In this document: in pieces, positions 37,382 to 47,215 of the stretch
Position numbering within the stretch: position 1 is the first letter of the stretch
Layout of the letters: the number at the start of each line of letters is the position of its first letter
From: Candidatus Zixiibacteriota bacterium
Lineage (GTDB): Bacteria > RBG-13-66-14 > B26-G2 > WVWN01
Direction of reading: 5' to 3'
Length of the DNA stretch: 64,000 bases
Assembly (NCBI GenBank): GCA_050117845.1
Contig: JASFLY010000002.1
Coordinates: 64,001 to 128,000, forward strand
Notes under the pieces: generated by a model
Databases searched by the model: none
What the model was told of the DNA's origin: nothing
The model's input: only the letters and a program-made list of their open reading frames with translations
Translations under genes and position numbers: made by a program

Positions 37382-38917
37382 GTGAAACCACAACTCGTAG
37401 TCCTCGACTTCGGCAGCCAATACACCCAACTCATCGCCCGGAAGGTCCGCGAACAGCGCGTCTACGCGACGATAGAACCGTTCGACGTGGCGCCCGCCGC
37501 CCTCGCCGACATGGCGCCCGGGGCCCTCATCCTATCCGGCGGCCCCGCGTCCATCTACGCCGACGGCGCCCCCCACGCCGACCCCGCGATATTCGACCTC
37601 GGCGTCCCGGTCCTGGGCATCTGCTACGGCCTGCAATACGTGACCGTGACGCTGGGGGGCAAGGTCGCCCGGGCGGCCGCCCGCGAGTACGGCCCGGCCA
37701 CGCTCACCGTCAAGGAGGCCGAGCCGCTCTTCGCCGGCGTCCCGGAGAAGTCGCGGGTGTGGATGAGCCACGGCGACCGGGTGGAGGAACTCGCGGCCGG
37801 CTTCGTCCCGCTGGCCACCTCCGAGAACTCGCCGTACGCCGCCATCGGCGACGAAGGCCGGCGCATCTACGGCCTCCAGTTCCACCCGGAGGTCAGCCAC
37901 ACCGAATACGGCGCCGAAGTACTGTCGAACTTCCTCTTCCGCGTCGCGGGCCTCGAGCCCTCCTGGACCGCGGCGTCGTTCGTGGCCGAGAAGGCCGCGG
38001 AGATAGCCGATCGCGTCGGCGGCGAGCACGTCGTCCTCGGCATGTCGGGCGGCGTGGACTCCTGCGTGTTGGCGGCGCTCTTGCACCGGGCCATCGGCGA
38101 CCGGGTTCACCCCATCCTGGTGGACAACGGCCTGATGCGCGAGGGGGAGATCGAGGAAGTGGAGCGCGTCTTCGCGGACGACCTCGGCATACCGCTGACG
38201 GTGGCGCGGGCGGGCGAGCAATTCCTGGAGAAACTCGCCGGCGAGCCGGACCCGGAGAAGAAGCGCCGCATCATAGGCCACACCTTCATCGACGTCTTTC
38301 GGGACGAGGCGGCGAAACTCGGGTCGATTAAATTCCTGGCCCAGGGGACGCTCTACCCGGACCGCATCGAGTCCCGGGCCATCAAAGGCCCCTCGGACAC
38401 CATCAAGACGCACCACAACGTCGGCGGCCTGCCGGACGACCTGCCCTTCGAGCTAATCGAGCCGCTGGGCGAACTCTTCAAGGACGAGGTGCGCGAGGTG
38501 GGCCGGGAACTCGGCCTGCCCGAGAGGATAGTAGGGCGGCATCCGTTCCCGGGGCCGGGCCTGGCGGTCCGCTGCCTGGGCGAGGTGACGCCCGAGCGGC
38601 TGGCGATGCTGCGCCGCGCGGACGCCATCATGCGCGAGGAGATTGAGGCCGGCGGCGTCTACGACGACATCGCGCAGGCGCTCACGGTCCTCCTGCCCGT
38701 GAAGTCGGTGGGCGTCATGGGCGACGAGCGGACCTACGAGAACGCGTGCGCGGTGCGCTGCGTCACGACCCGCGACTTCATGACGGCAGACTGGTACCGG
38801 ATGGACCACGAGTTGATGGCGCGCATCGCCGCCCGCATCGCCAACGAGGTCGCCGGCATCAACCGCGTCGTCTACGACATAACGTCAAAGCCGCCCGCCA
38901 CGGTGGAGTGGGAGTAG
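37382..38917 (+). CDS. guaA: GMP synthase (glutamine-hydrolysing)
   Basis: LDFGSQYTQLIAR, GICYG, QFHPEV, SGGVDS, IKTHHNVGG, HPFPGPGL, SKPPATVEWE. Confidence 0.98.
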   Translation: MKPQLVVLDFGSQYTQLIARKVREQRVYATIEPFDVAPAALADMAPGALILSGGPASIYADGAPHADPAIFDLGVPVLGICYGLQYVTVTLGGKVARAAAREYGPATLTVKEAEPLFAGVPEKSRVWMSHGDRVEELAAGFVPLATSENSPYAAIGDEGRRIYGLQFHPEVSHTEYGAEVLSNFLFRVAGLEPSWTAASFVAEKAAEIADRVGGEHVVLGMSGGVDSCVLAALLHRAIGDRVHPILVDNGLMREGEIEEVERVFADDLGIPLTVARAGEQFLEKLAGEPDPEKKRRIIGHTFIDVFRDEAAKLGSIKFLAQGTLYPDRIESRAIKGPSDTIKTHHNVGGLPDDLPFELIEPLGELFKDEVREVGRELGLPERIVGRHPFPGPGLAVRCLGEVTPERLAMLRRADAIMREEIEAGGVYDDIAQALTVLLPVKSVGVMGDERTYENACAVRCVTTRDFMTADWYRMDHELMARIAARIANEVAGINRVVYDITSKPPATVEWE

Positions 38918-38918
38918 C

Positions 38919-39152
38919 ATGGCGGAGACGACCCGCGCCGAGCAGTTTCGCATCGAGGCGCTGCGGCGGATGTCGCCCGGGCGGAAACTGAGGGTGATAT
39001 TCGATATGTGGGAGTACGGCTTCGCGCTACGCGTCGCCGGCGTCAAGCTCCGCTTCCCGGAATTTAACGATGACGAGGCCCGGCTTCGGGCCGTCGCCGA
39101 GATGGTGGAATGTCACAAGAAGAACTCCTCGCGAAAGTCGCCGCTGTCCTGA
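38919..39152 (+). CDS. Small hypothetical protein, putative antitoxin-like partner of the nucleotidyltransferase
   Basis: 77 aa, RRMSPGRKL...AGVKLRFPE; overlaps the next gene. Confidence 0.65.
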   Translation: MAETTRAEQFRIEALRRMSPGRKLRVIFDMWEYGFALRVAGVKLRFPEFNDDEARLRAVAEMVECHKKNSSRKSPLS

Positions 39153-39673
39153 ACGACGCCGGCGTTAACTACGTCGTGACGGGGTCGGTAGTGACGAGCC
39201 TCTACGGCGAGCCGCGCTACACCCAAGACGCGGACGTACTCGTCGTCGTATCGCCGGGTTTGGGCGACAACCTGAGCGCGGCCTTCCCCCCGCCGCGCTA
39301 TTACGCGCCGGCGGACGACATAGACGAATCATTGAAGCGTAGGATTATAGCCAATATAATAGACAGCGAGACCGGCGCCAAGGTCGATCTGCACGCCAAG
39401 ACGGGTGACGCTTTCGCCGATTCATTCTTCGCCCGGCGCCGCCTCGTCGAGGTTGCCGGCGTCGAGCTGTGGTTCCCCTCGCCCGAGGACGCCATATTGT
39501 CGAAATTGGTATGGGCCCGGGCGACCGGCAACGGCGAGCGCCACCTCCGTGACGCCCGGGGCGTATTCCTGACGCAGCGGCCGGCGCTGGACGAGGGGTA
39601 CCTGCGGAATTGGGCCGAACGCCTATCCGTCACCGACCTCCTGGAGCGCGTGGAGGCCGGAGGCTTCGAGTAG
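39110..39673 (+). CDS. Pol-beta superfamily nucleotidyltransferase-like protein
   Basis: VTGS..YGEPRYTQDADV (GS...DxD), KVDL, SPEDAILSKL. Confidence 0.8.
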   Translation: MSQEELLAKVAAVLNDAGVNYVVTGSVVTSLYGEPRYTQDADVLVVVSPGLGDNLSAAFPPPRYYAPADDIDESLKRRIIANIIDSETGAKVDLHAKTGDAFADSFFARRRLVEVAGVELWFPSPEDAILSKLVWARATGNGERHLRDARGVFLTQRPALDEGYLRNWAERLSVTDLLERVEAGGFE

Positions 39674-39687
39674 AGAACAGTAAGGGA

Positions 39688-40482
39688 ATGAGTAGCAAGA
39701 AAACCAAACTGAACGACGTCGCGAACGAGCGGCCCGAGGCCCAGATTCCCATCGACCGGGTGGGCGTCAAGGGCGTCCGCTTGCCGGTCCACGTGCTGGA
39801 CCGCGAGAACGAGTACCAGGACACCATCGCCACGGTTGACATGTTCGTCGACCTCCCGGCCCACTTCCGCGGCACCCACATGAGCCGCTTCGTCGAAATC
39901 CTCTACCGCTATCGCGACAACATAAACTACCGGACGATGGCCTATATCCTCAAGATGATGATCGAGCGCTTCGACGCCGCCCGCGCCCACATCGACATCG
40001 GCTTCCCCTACTTCGTCGAGAAGGCCGCGCCCGCGTCCGGCGAGAAGTCCTTTCTGGAGGTCCGGGCCCGCTTCATCGGCGAGTTCGTCCGGGAGTACAA
40101 ATTCTCGCTCGGCGTCACGGTGCCCGTGGCCAACCTCTGCCCCTGCTCCAAGGACATCTCCGACGCCGGAGCGCACAACCAGCGCGGCGACGTTTACGTC
40201 GAGATAGAGTCCCGCCACATGATATGGATAGAGGAGATAGTGGCCTGGGCCGAGGAGGCCGCGTCCGCGCCGCTCTTCGCGCTCCTCAAACGGGAGGACG
40301 AGAAGGCCGTGACGGAACTCGCCTACGGCAGGCCGCGCTTCGTCGAGGACGTCGTTCGCAACCTCGCCGACCGCCTCGAACGCGACGGCCGCGTCCGGTC
40401 GTACCGCACCGAGTGTACCAACTTCGAATCGATTCACCAGCACGACGCTTACGCGACCATCGCCCGCGACAAACGAGAATAA
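39688..40482 (+). CDS. folE2: GTP cyclohydrolase I, FolE2 type
   Basis: IDRVGVK, RGTHMSRF, LCPCSK, GAHNQRG, KREDEK, FVEDVVR, ESIHQHDA; start at ATG 39688. Confidence 0.95.
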   Translation: MSSKKTKLNDVANERPEAQIPIDRVGVKGVRLPVHVLDRENEYQDTIATVDMFVDLPAHFRGTHMSRFVEILYRYRDNINYRTMAYILKMMIERFDAARAHIDIGFPYFVEKAAPASGEKSFLEVRARFIGEFVREYKFSLGVTVPVANLCPCSKDISDAGAHNQRGDVYVEIESRHMIWIEEIVAWAEEAASAPLFALLKREDEKAVTELAYGRPRFVEDVVRNLADRLERDGRVRSYRTECTNFESIHQHDAYATIARDKRE

Positions 40483-40524
40483 GGGGCCCGCTCGGAAAAC
40501 GCGCCCCTACGGAGGAATTAAAAT

Positions 40525-40929
40525 ATGCGGAAATACTTGCTACCGGCCGCCCTCGTCTTAGTACTCACGCTCGCGGCCTGCACCAAAGAAGAAGCCGACA
40601 ACCCGTACGCCACGCCCGAAGACACCGTTCGTACCTTCGCCACGTCGATGAAGGACGGCAACTTCGACGCGGCGCTGGACTGTTACGCCGACACCGCCCT
40701 CTCCAGCGCGACCGCCGGCGTCGAGGGCCTCACCGAGGCCGAGATTCGCAACCTCTTCCTCAAGAGCCTGGAGGCCAACCAGGAACCGTACGCCAGCGAC
40801 GAAGTCACCAACCTGGATAGCCGGCTTTTGACCGCCGAGGTTACGTACGATCTGGGCGGCGTCAAACACACCCACACGCTCGTGAATCAGGACGGCGAGT
40901 GGAAAATCGCGACGGACCTCGCCAAGTAA
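40525..40929 (+). CDS. Lipoprotein, NTF2-like (DUF4878-like)
   Basis: Lipobox LAAC; TPEDTV..F; C-terminal LVNQDGEWKI. Confidence 0.75.
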   Translation: MRKYLLPAALVLVLTLAACTKEEADNPYATPEDTVRTFATSMKDGNFDAALDCYADTALSSATAGVEGLTEAEIRNLFLKSLEANQEPYASDEVTNLDSRLLTAEVTYDLGGVKHTHTLVNQDGEWKIATDLAK

Positions 40930-40932
40930 ATC

Positions 40933-41667
40933 TTGCGCCTCCTGTTGACCATCGCGCTCGCGGCGGCCGTCGTCGCGCCCGCCTCGGCCTATGCCGCCGA
41001 CGTTCCGGCCGGGGATAAGGCCCCGGCCGATAAACCCCTCGGCGACTGGCTCACCGGATACGCCGACCCAACGGACGGCAAGCTGGTCCTCCCGGACACG
41101 CGCACCGGCCGCATGCTCGCCACCCGGCCCGCCTACCGCGGGATAAGCTTCATCTTCCCCGTGGCAAACGGCCGCTTCCACGCCATCGAGTACACCGAAC
41201 TCACCGGCCTCACCGACTTCCGCAACCGTTGGCGCCGCAACCACATGGGCACGGATATCTTCGGCCCCGTGGGCAGGCCGATATTCGCCGCGGCGCCCGG
41301 CGTCGTGACCGTCGCGACGTTCACGCCCAAGAAGGGCCCCGGCGCCAAGGTCGCTATTTACCACGGCCGCGGCGTCTACACCTATTACCTCCACATGTCG
41401 GCGGTGTATTGCGAGGAGGGCCAGGAGGTTGAGGCGGGCGATGTAATCGCCGCCGTGGGAGCCAGCGGCAACGCCCGGGGTACGCCGCCCCACCTCCACT
41501 TCGAGATAGACGTCGCCGTCGAGACCCAGGACAAACCGGCCTGGTTCGTGAACTACGTCAACGACCCGCGGCCCGGCGTCTCGGCGCTCAGGAGCGTCGA
41601 GCCCCTGGCTTACGTCTGCAAGCACGCCCCGCGCCTCCGCGACCGGCGGCCCCTCGCCCGACCATGA
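40933..41667 (+). CDS. Exported M23 family metallopeptidase
   Basis: Signal peptide; HMGTDI, YYLHM, GASGNA..PHLHFE. Confidence 0.9.
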   Translation: MRLLLTIALAAAVVAPASAYAADVPAGDKAPADKPLGDWLTGYADPTDGKLVLPDTRTGRMLATRPAYRGISFIFPVANGRFHAIEYTELTGLTDFRNRWRRNHMGTDIFGPVGRPIFAAAPGVVTVATFTPKKGPGAKVAIYHGRGVYTYYLHMSAVYCEEGQEVEAGDVIAAVGASGNARGTPPHLHFEIDVAVETQDKPAWFVNYVNDPRPGVSALRSVEPLAYVCKHAPRLRDRRPLARP

Positions 41668-43667
41668 AACGTTTCCTATATTTGTTATTATTTTGCGCCC
41701 TAGCCGCAACGGCGGCGGCCGAAGCCGACACCGCCCGCTGGCACAACGTCGTCCCCCGCACCCGCGTCTCGGATATTCTGATAGACGGAGACGCGATATG
41801 GCTTACGTACCTCGGCGGCGGCGCGGCCCGATACGAACCGGAGACCGGCCGCGCCGCGTATTACACCGCCGCGGACGGCCTGGTCCACAACTACGCTACC
41901 GCCGTTACGGCCGTTGAGGATGAGGTCTATTTCGGCACCCGCAACGGCCTCTCGACCCTCACGCGGACCTCGGGGACGTTCACCTCGACCATCCGGATGT
42001 GGGGCTTCGCCCACAACGACATAACCGACGTCGCCGGCGCCGACGAATACCTGTACGTCGCGACCATCGAGGGCGCCCGCTGCTATGATAAAAGCTTCGG
42101 GAATAAGGAGTTTACGCCGGTACCGAAGGAGCAGGGGCCGGCGAGCCGGCTGAGCCCCCAGGTCGAGGACGGGTGGAAAGTATTCGCCTCCGCCGACGGC
42201 GTCGTCCTCGACGACCTGTACTCGGTTACGGTAGACGGAGGCACGGTTTACTGGGGAGGCCGGGGCCGCGTACTGGCCTCGGGTCCCGGCGCCGTCGATT
42301 GGCGCGAGGTCCCCGTCGAACTCCCGGAGATGGCGGTCGTGCGGCGCGTCCTCCCGCGTGACGGGAAGCTCATACTCGCGACCGACGCCGGCGCGTTCGA
42401 GTTCGACGGCACGGCCACGAGGCCGGTAGATGGTCCCCCCGGCCGGGCCGACACGCGCGACGCGCTGGCTTTCGCCGGCCTGGAGTACTTCGCCACCGCC
42501 GAGGGCCTTTTCGTACGGCGGTCGGACGGCGAGCCTTTCAAGTTCGCCGCGGGCGCGGGGGCGGCCTGGACCAAGCTGAAAGACGCCCGCAAGAAGGAAT
42601 CCCCGTGGTGGCGATTGGGCCCCGGGGACGGCCTGCCCTCGCCGGCGTGCACCGCCCTGGCGAGCCGTGGCGAATCGCTCGTCGTCGGGACCGAGAACGG
42701 CGCGTGCCTGCTCGAGCCGGCGTCCGGGGAAGTCCGCGTTCTGCCGCTGGGCCGCGGCCTGCCCGCCGGCGGCGTCTACGGCCTGGCGTACGGCGACGGC
42801 GCCATTTACGTCGGGACGGCCGGCGGCCTGGCCGAGCTGGACGCGGCGGACTACACCGCCCGGCGCTACTCCCTGCCGGTCGGATGGAACGACGTCCGGG
42901 ACGTTCGGTACGACGGCGGCGAACTGCTCGTGACGACGCGGGCGGGCTTCGCGGCGGCCGGACGCGTGGGCGACGGAGTAAGGTATTTCGAACGCCCGAA
43001 GGGAACCCCCGCGGACGTGGAGGGGACGTGCGCGACTAAACTCGGCGGCCGGTATTTTATAGGGACGACCACGGGTCTACTGGAATTAGACGCGGACCTC
43101 CGGCCAGTGGGATTTTACGGAAAGGGACAGGGCTTCCCCTCCTACCCCATCCGAGCGCTCCTGCCCCACGGCCCGGGGATACTCGTCGCGACGGCGGGCG
43201 GCGGCCTAATAAATTATAATGAAACCGGCGGCGCGGAGGCCGTAACGGAAGGGATATCTTCCGACATAATATTCTCGCTCGCGGCGGACGAGGGCCACGT
43301 CTACGTCGGGACCTTCGACAAGGGCGTGGATATCCTCGACGAGGAACTCGCGTTCGAGCGCAACATAACCTGGGGCGACGGCCTGAGCCACACCGACATC
43401 TGGGCCGAGGCCGTGGTCGGGCCCTGGCTCTGGCTCTCCATCCGCGGCGTGGGTATCAACGCCTTCAATCTGGAGACGGGGGACGTCCGGCGCTACTACG
43501 CCCGCTACGGCCTCGGCGACGAGTACTGCAAATCCATAATCGTCCTCCCCACGGAAGGCCCCGGCGTCAAGCTCGCGTTTGGCACGGCCTCCGGCGTCGC
43601 GATCCTCGAATACGAGGGCGAGCCGCCCGACTACGCGGCGGACGATTACGACGGCAGTTATCCCTAA
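41664..43667 (+). CDS. Exported beta-propeller protein (two-component-regulator propeller-like repeats)
   Basis: Signal peptide; repeated DGL.(S/H)N...(W/Y)xGTxxGL blades. Confidence 0.75.
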   Translation: MKRFLYLLLFCALAATAAAEADTARWHNVVPRTRVSDILIDGDAIWLTYLGGGAARYEPETGRAAYYTAADGLVHNYATAVTAVEDEVYFGTRNGLSTLTRTSGTFTSTIRMWGFAHNDITDVAGADEYLYVATIEGARCYDKSFGNKEFTPVPKEQGPASRLSPQVEDGWKVFASADGVVLDDLYSVTVDGGTVYWGGRGRVLASGPGAVDWREVPVELPEMAVVRRVLPRDGKLILATDAGAFEFDGTATRPVDGPPGRADTRDALAFAGLEYFATAEGLFVRRSDGEPFKFAAGAGAAWTKLKDARKKESPWWRLGPGDGLPSPACTALASRGESLVVGTENGACLLEPASGEVRVLPLGRGLPAGGVYGLAYGDGAIYVGTAGGLAELDAADYTARRYSLPVGWNDVRDVRYDGGELLVTTRAGFAAAGRVGDGVRYFERPKGTPADVEGTCATKLGGRYFIGTTTGLLELDADLRPVGFYGKGQGFPSYPIRALLPHGPGILVATAGGGLINYNETGGAEAVTEGISSDIIFSLAADEGHVYVGTFDKGVDILDEELAFERNITWGDGLSHTDIWAEAVVGPWLWLSIRGVGINAFNLETGDVRRYYARYGLGDEYCKSIIVLPTEGPGVKLAFGTASGVAILEYEGEPPDYAADDYDGSYP

Positions 43668-43740
43668 CCTTACCTAACCTTAGAAGGAGCGGGTTAGGCC
43701 TATCACCGGCGACGAGAAAAGGATAATCCTGGGGACCGGC

Positions 43741-44898
43741 GTGGCCCACGGCCTGGTGCACATGGCCATGGTCACCTTCGCCGCGGTCCTGACGCCCATG
43801 CGCGAGAGCGTGGGCGCGGGCCTCTTCGCCATCTCGTTGGTGGGCAACATCTCCTATTTCTCCTTCGGCCTGACGGCGCCGGCGAGCGGCTTTCTGGCGG
43901 ATCGAATCGGCTCGCGCCGGGTCCTCGTGATGTGCTGCCTGGGGATGGCGGCCGGCTGCGTCGGCGTCGCGCTTTCCTGGAACATATACGCGCTGGGGGC
44001 ATCGCTCGGCGTCCTGGGCCTCGCGGCGGCGCTCTACCACCCGGCGGGCCTCTCGCTCATCGCGCGGCGCGTGGGCGGCGTCGAGAAGGCCATGTCGTAC
44101 CACGGCATCCTGGGAACGGTGGGGTTGTCGCTGGGGCCGGTGGTGGCCGGGGCCATCACGGCGGGCGTGGGGTGGCGCTGGTCGTACGTCGTGCTGGCGG
44201 CGGCGCTCGCGGCCCTGGGTATTACCTTCGCGGTGCTGGCCCGCGGCGGAAACAAACAACTCGAGCGCACGGCATCCAAGGCCGTGAACCTGCCGCAAAA
44301 GACCCTCCTCGGCGGCCTCCTCCTCTTCTACGTCATCGCCGTCATGAACGGCTTTATTTTCCACGGCGCCACGACCTTCCTCCCGACGCGGCTCGCCACC
44401 GTCAAGAACCTTTTCGTGGGAAACGCCCTCACGACGGCCACGCTGATGCTCGGCATCGCGGGCCAGTACGTCGGCGGCTTGCTGGCCTCCCGCTGGCGCT
44501 ACGAGTTCGTCCTCGCCGGCTCCTTCCTCCTCTCCGGCGTGGCGCTGGTACTGCTCGGCACGACGTCGGGAGCGGTCCTCTTCGCCCCCGCGCTCGCGTA
44601 CGGCTTCGCCCACTTCTCGACCCAACCGGTTACCAACACGCTGGTGTCGCGGCTGGCCTCGGCGAAGCGCCAGGGCGTCGCGTTCGGCGTGAACTTCTTC
44701 TTGGCCTTCGGCCTGGGCTCCCTCGGCACCGGCTTCGTCGGCTACGTCGGCGAGAGGTTCGAACTCGGCGAGGCCTTCACGGTCCTCGGCGTGGTGGGCT
44801 TCCTAGCCGTGCCGCTCTCGTTTCTATTATGGGTAATACGCCGGCGGGCGCTGGTCGCCACCGGCGTCCGGGACAAATTCACCGACATGCCCCGGTGA
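43741..44898 (+). CDS. MFS transporter (true start probably about 43693-43702)
   Basis: GFLADRIGSRR motif A, LYHPAG, about 12 TM helices; frame open upstream to 43684. Confidence 0.9.
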   Translation: MAHGLVHMAMVTFAAVLTPMRESVGAGLFAISLVGNISYFSFGLTAPASGFLADRIGSRRVLVMCCLGMAAGCVGVALSWNIYALGASLGVLGLAAALYHPAGLSLIARRVGGVEKAMSYHGILGTVGLSLGPVVAGAITAGVGWRWSYVVLAAALAALGITFAVLARGGNKQLERTASKAVNLPQKTLLGGLLLFYVIAVMNGFIFHGATTFLPTRLATVKNLFVGNALTTATLMLGIAGQYVGGLLASRWRYEFVLAGSFLLSGVALVLLGTTSGAVLFAPALAYGFAHFSTQPVTNTLVSRLASAKRQGVAFGVNFFLAFGLGSLGTGFVGYVGERFELGEAFTVLGVVGFLAVPLSFLLWVIRRRALVATGVRDKFTDMPR

Positions 44899-44940
44899 CG
44901 GCGGGCCGCCGTAAGGTTGGGTAATTATATTGGCGGGGGG

Positions 44941-45633
44941 TTATTTGCGGCCGACAATGCAGGTCAGCCAGGCGAGGCGGCCCAGGAGCGGGACGCGGCG
45001 GAGCAGCGAGTGTTCAACCTTGACGATGCGCCTCAGCCAGGACCGGGGGACCGGCACGACGTGGAACGCCGGCGTGGCAAGGTGGTACTCGGCGTGGTCG
45101 TACGCCGAGAACAACGGCGCGTACGAGGCGATTTCGGCCGGCGTCAAATAGCCCACGCGCTCGATCCACTTCTGGCCCTGGAGCCGCCGCACGATGCGCG
45201 TCAGTACGGCGAACGGGTTGTATTTCATATTCTCGACCAGCCACACGTAACCGCCCGGCTTCAGGACCCGCAACATCTCCCGCAGCGCCGCCTTCCGATT
45301 GAAAAAGACGAATACGGACTTCGTGAAAACGACGTCAAAACTGCCGTCGCGGAAGGGCAGGGTTTCGCCGTTCAACTGAACGAGCGAGAAGGCCGGGGGG
45401 CCGTTTTTGCTTGACTCCGCCGCCGCGTCCGTTAAATAATTGAGGTACAGGTCGCCGCCGACGACGCGGGCGCCCCTCTCGGCGAACCAGGAGCACATCC
45501 GGCCGCGCCGGGGGCCGATCTCGAGGACGCGCTTGTCGCGCAAGTCGTCCCCGACGACGGAAAGGCCGAACAGGAAAGGGGCTTCCCAAAAACGGGGGTT
45601 CCACTCCAAATAATAGTCGAGTTCGTTTTTCAT
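44941..45633 (-). CDS. Class I SAM-dependent methyltransferase
   Basis: VLEIGP..G, LPFRDGSFDVV, LRVLKPGG; start placed at ATG 45633. Confidence 0.88.
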   Translation of the reverse strand: MKNELDYYLEWNPRFWEAPFLFGLSVVGDDLRDKRVLEIGPRRGRMCSWFAERGARVVGGDLYLNYLTDAAAESSKNGPPAFSLVQLNGETLPFRDGSFDVVFTKSVFVFFNRKAALREMLRVLKPGGYVWLVENMKYNPFAVLTRIVRRLQGQKWIERVGYLTPAEIASYAPLFSAYDHAEYHLATPAFHVVPVPRSWLRRIVKVEHSLLRRVPLLGRLAWLTCIVGRK

Positions 45634-45747
45634 ATAAATAAATTTAGGAGGGCTGGCCGAACGCACACCGTACGACGTACTTTATTACATCGACGCGCCG
45701 GCCGCAATATATAATTTATCCCCTCCGTAACGCGCGAGGAGGAACCT

Positions 45748-46437
45748 ATGTCCGGAATCGCGAAATACTTGGCCCCCCTGTGCGCCCTGTTAATATTAAC
45801 CGGGTGGGCGCTCGCCGACGAAGGCCGCTACGGCGGCTACACCCTCGAGTTCGGCATGCGCGATAGCGACTTCGCCGCCGATTACGTCTCCATGCTGCAA
45901 TCGGACCTCTCGAAACTGGGTTACGACGCCTACCTGTTGAAATCGGGCAAGTTGGAAGGTTCGTTCGGGCCGATGACCGAGGACGCGGTCGAGGCGTTCC
46001 AGCGGGACTACGGCCTCACGGCCGACGGCGTCGTCGGCGCCGAAACGGCGGCCGCCATCACCCGGGCCCTGGCCGGCGAGAAACCGACCACCGCCGAACC
46101 GTTCGACCTCTCCCTCGTCGAGTCGGGCCAGGTTACCGTGGAGGCCGGGAAGAAGGGTAAATACGAGCTCAAACCCGAGCCCGGCAAGACGTACGTCCTC
46201 TCCTGCGAGGGCGACGTCTACGAGTGCGCCGTCGTCAACCCATACGACGCGTACGCCTCGACCACGCCCGCCCCCGCCGACGTCCGCTTCGCCCTCAAGG
46301 ACGCGGGGGACAACGGCGAGGCCGTAATCTTCGACGACATCCCGTTCGCCGGCAAGTATTACGTCGAGATAGAGGCCATAAACGACCTCAAGGACACGCC
46401 GGTGCTGGTTCGAATCTACGAGTTGACGCGGCAATAA
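45748..46437 (+). CDS. Exported peptidoglycan-binding-domain protein
   Basis: Signal peptide; LQSDLSKLGY..FGPMTEDAVEAFQRDYGLTADGVVGAET. Confidence 0.85.
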   Translation: MSGIAKYLAPLCALLILTGWALADEGRYGGYTLEFGMRDSDFAADYVSMLQSDLSKLGYDAYLLKSGKLEGSFGPMTEDAVEAFQRDYGLTADGVVGAETAAAITRALAGEKPTTAEPFDLSLVESGQVTVEAGKKGKYELKPEPGKTYVLSCEGDVYECAVVNPYDAYASTTPAPADVRFALKDAGDNGEAVIFDDIPFAGKYYVEIEAINDLKDTPVLVRIYELTRQ

Positions 46438-46441
46438 TATT

Positions 46442-47215
46442 ATGCGCGAACTATTTAAGATGTGGGGTCACACCCGGATGGTCGTGCTCGCCGCGGCCAC
46501 CGCGGCCCTCTACGCGGCGCTGCTCATTCCCTTCAAACCGCTGGTCCTCGTACCCGGCCTGACGGAGATGCGGCCCGCCGCCGCTATTCCGCTTGTGGCG
46601 GGCCTTTTGTTCGGGCCGGCCGGCGCGGCGGGAGCGGCGCTGGGGAACCTCCTGGGGGACTTCTTCGGGACGCTGGGCTGGGGCAGCCTCTTCGGCCTGG
46701 GGGGCAACTTCCTGTTGGCCTATATCCCCTACCGCGTCGTCAAGGCGTCCGACCGGGAGTACCTCGCGTCGTGGCGGGGCTTCCTGCTCATCGAGGCGAC
46801 GGTGTTGCTGGCCGCGGCGGCCTGCGGCCTCTTCATCGGCTGGGGCGGCGACCTCATGGGCATCGCGCCCTTCGCGGCGCTCGGCAACATCATCGTCGCC
46901 AACGATATAATCTACCCGGCCATTCTCGGGCCGCTCCTCCTGAAGGCCCTCGACAAGCGCGTCCGGCGGCTGGGCCTTTTCTACCCCGACGTGATGGACC
47001 TCACGCCCCGGCGCCCCCGGACCTTCGTAGTCGGCCTTATTTTGATAATCGTCGCGTGCGTGGGCGGCATGGTGGCCGGGAACTACATCTCGCTGGGCGT
47101 GGAAGGCCAGGGGATGTTCGCCTCCGGCTTCGGCCCCGACTTCCAGCCGGGGACGGTGGGCGCGGGCGTGGCGCCGTTTATCGCCCTGCTAATAATAGGG
47201 GTTTTAATGATTTAG
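46442..47215 (+). CDS. ECF S-component / QueT-family membrane transporter
   Basis: AALYAAL, EMRPAA..P..GLLFGPAGA.GAALGNLLGD; multiple TM helices. Confidence 0.8.
   Translation: MRELFKMWGHTRMVVLAAATAALYAALLIPFKPLVLVPGLTEMRPAAAIPLVAGLLFGPAGAAGAALGNLLGDFFGTLGWGSLFGLGGNFLLAYIPYRVVKASDREYLASWRGFLLIEATVLLAAAACGLFIGWGGDLMGIAPFAALGNIIVANDIIYPAILGPLLLKALDKRVRRLGLFYPDVMDLTPRRPRTFVVGLILIIVACVGGMVAGNYISLGVEGQGMFASGFGPDFQPGTVGAGVAPFIALLIIGVLMI

Noticed and set aside
35435..37429. Long antisense ORFs (664 aa here; also 14501-16087, 12400-13719, 48646-50238)
   Set aside because: Typical stop-poor antisense frames of high-GC genes; the sense frames carry clear family motifs.
43663..43682. CCTAACCTTA direct repeat (2 copies)
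   Set aside because: Only two 10-bp copies at a stop codon; probably a small slippage duplication with no support for function.
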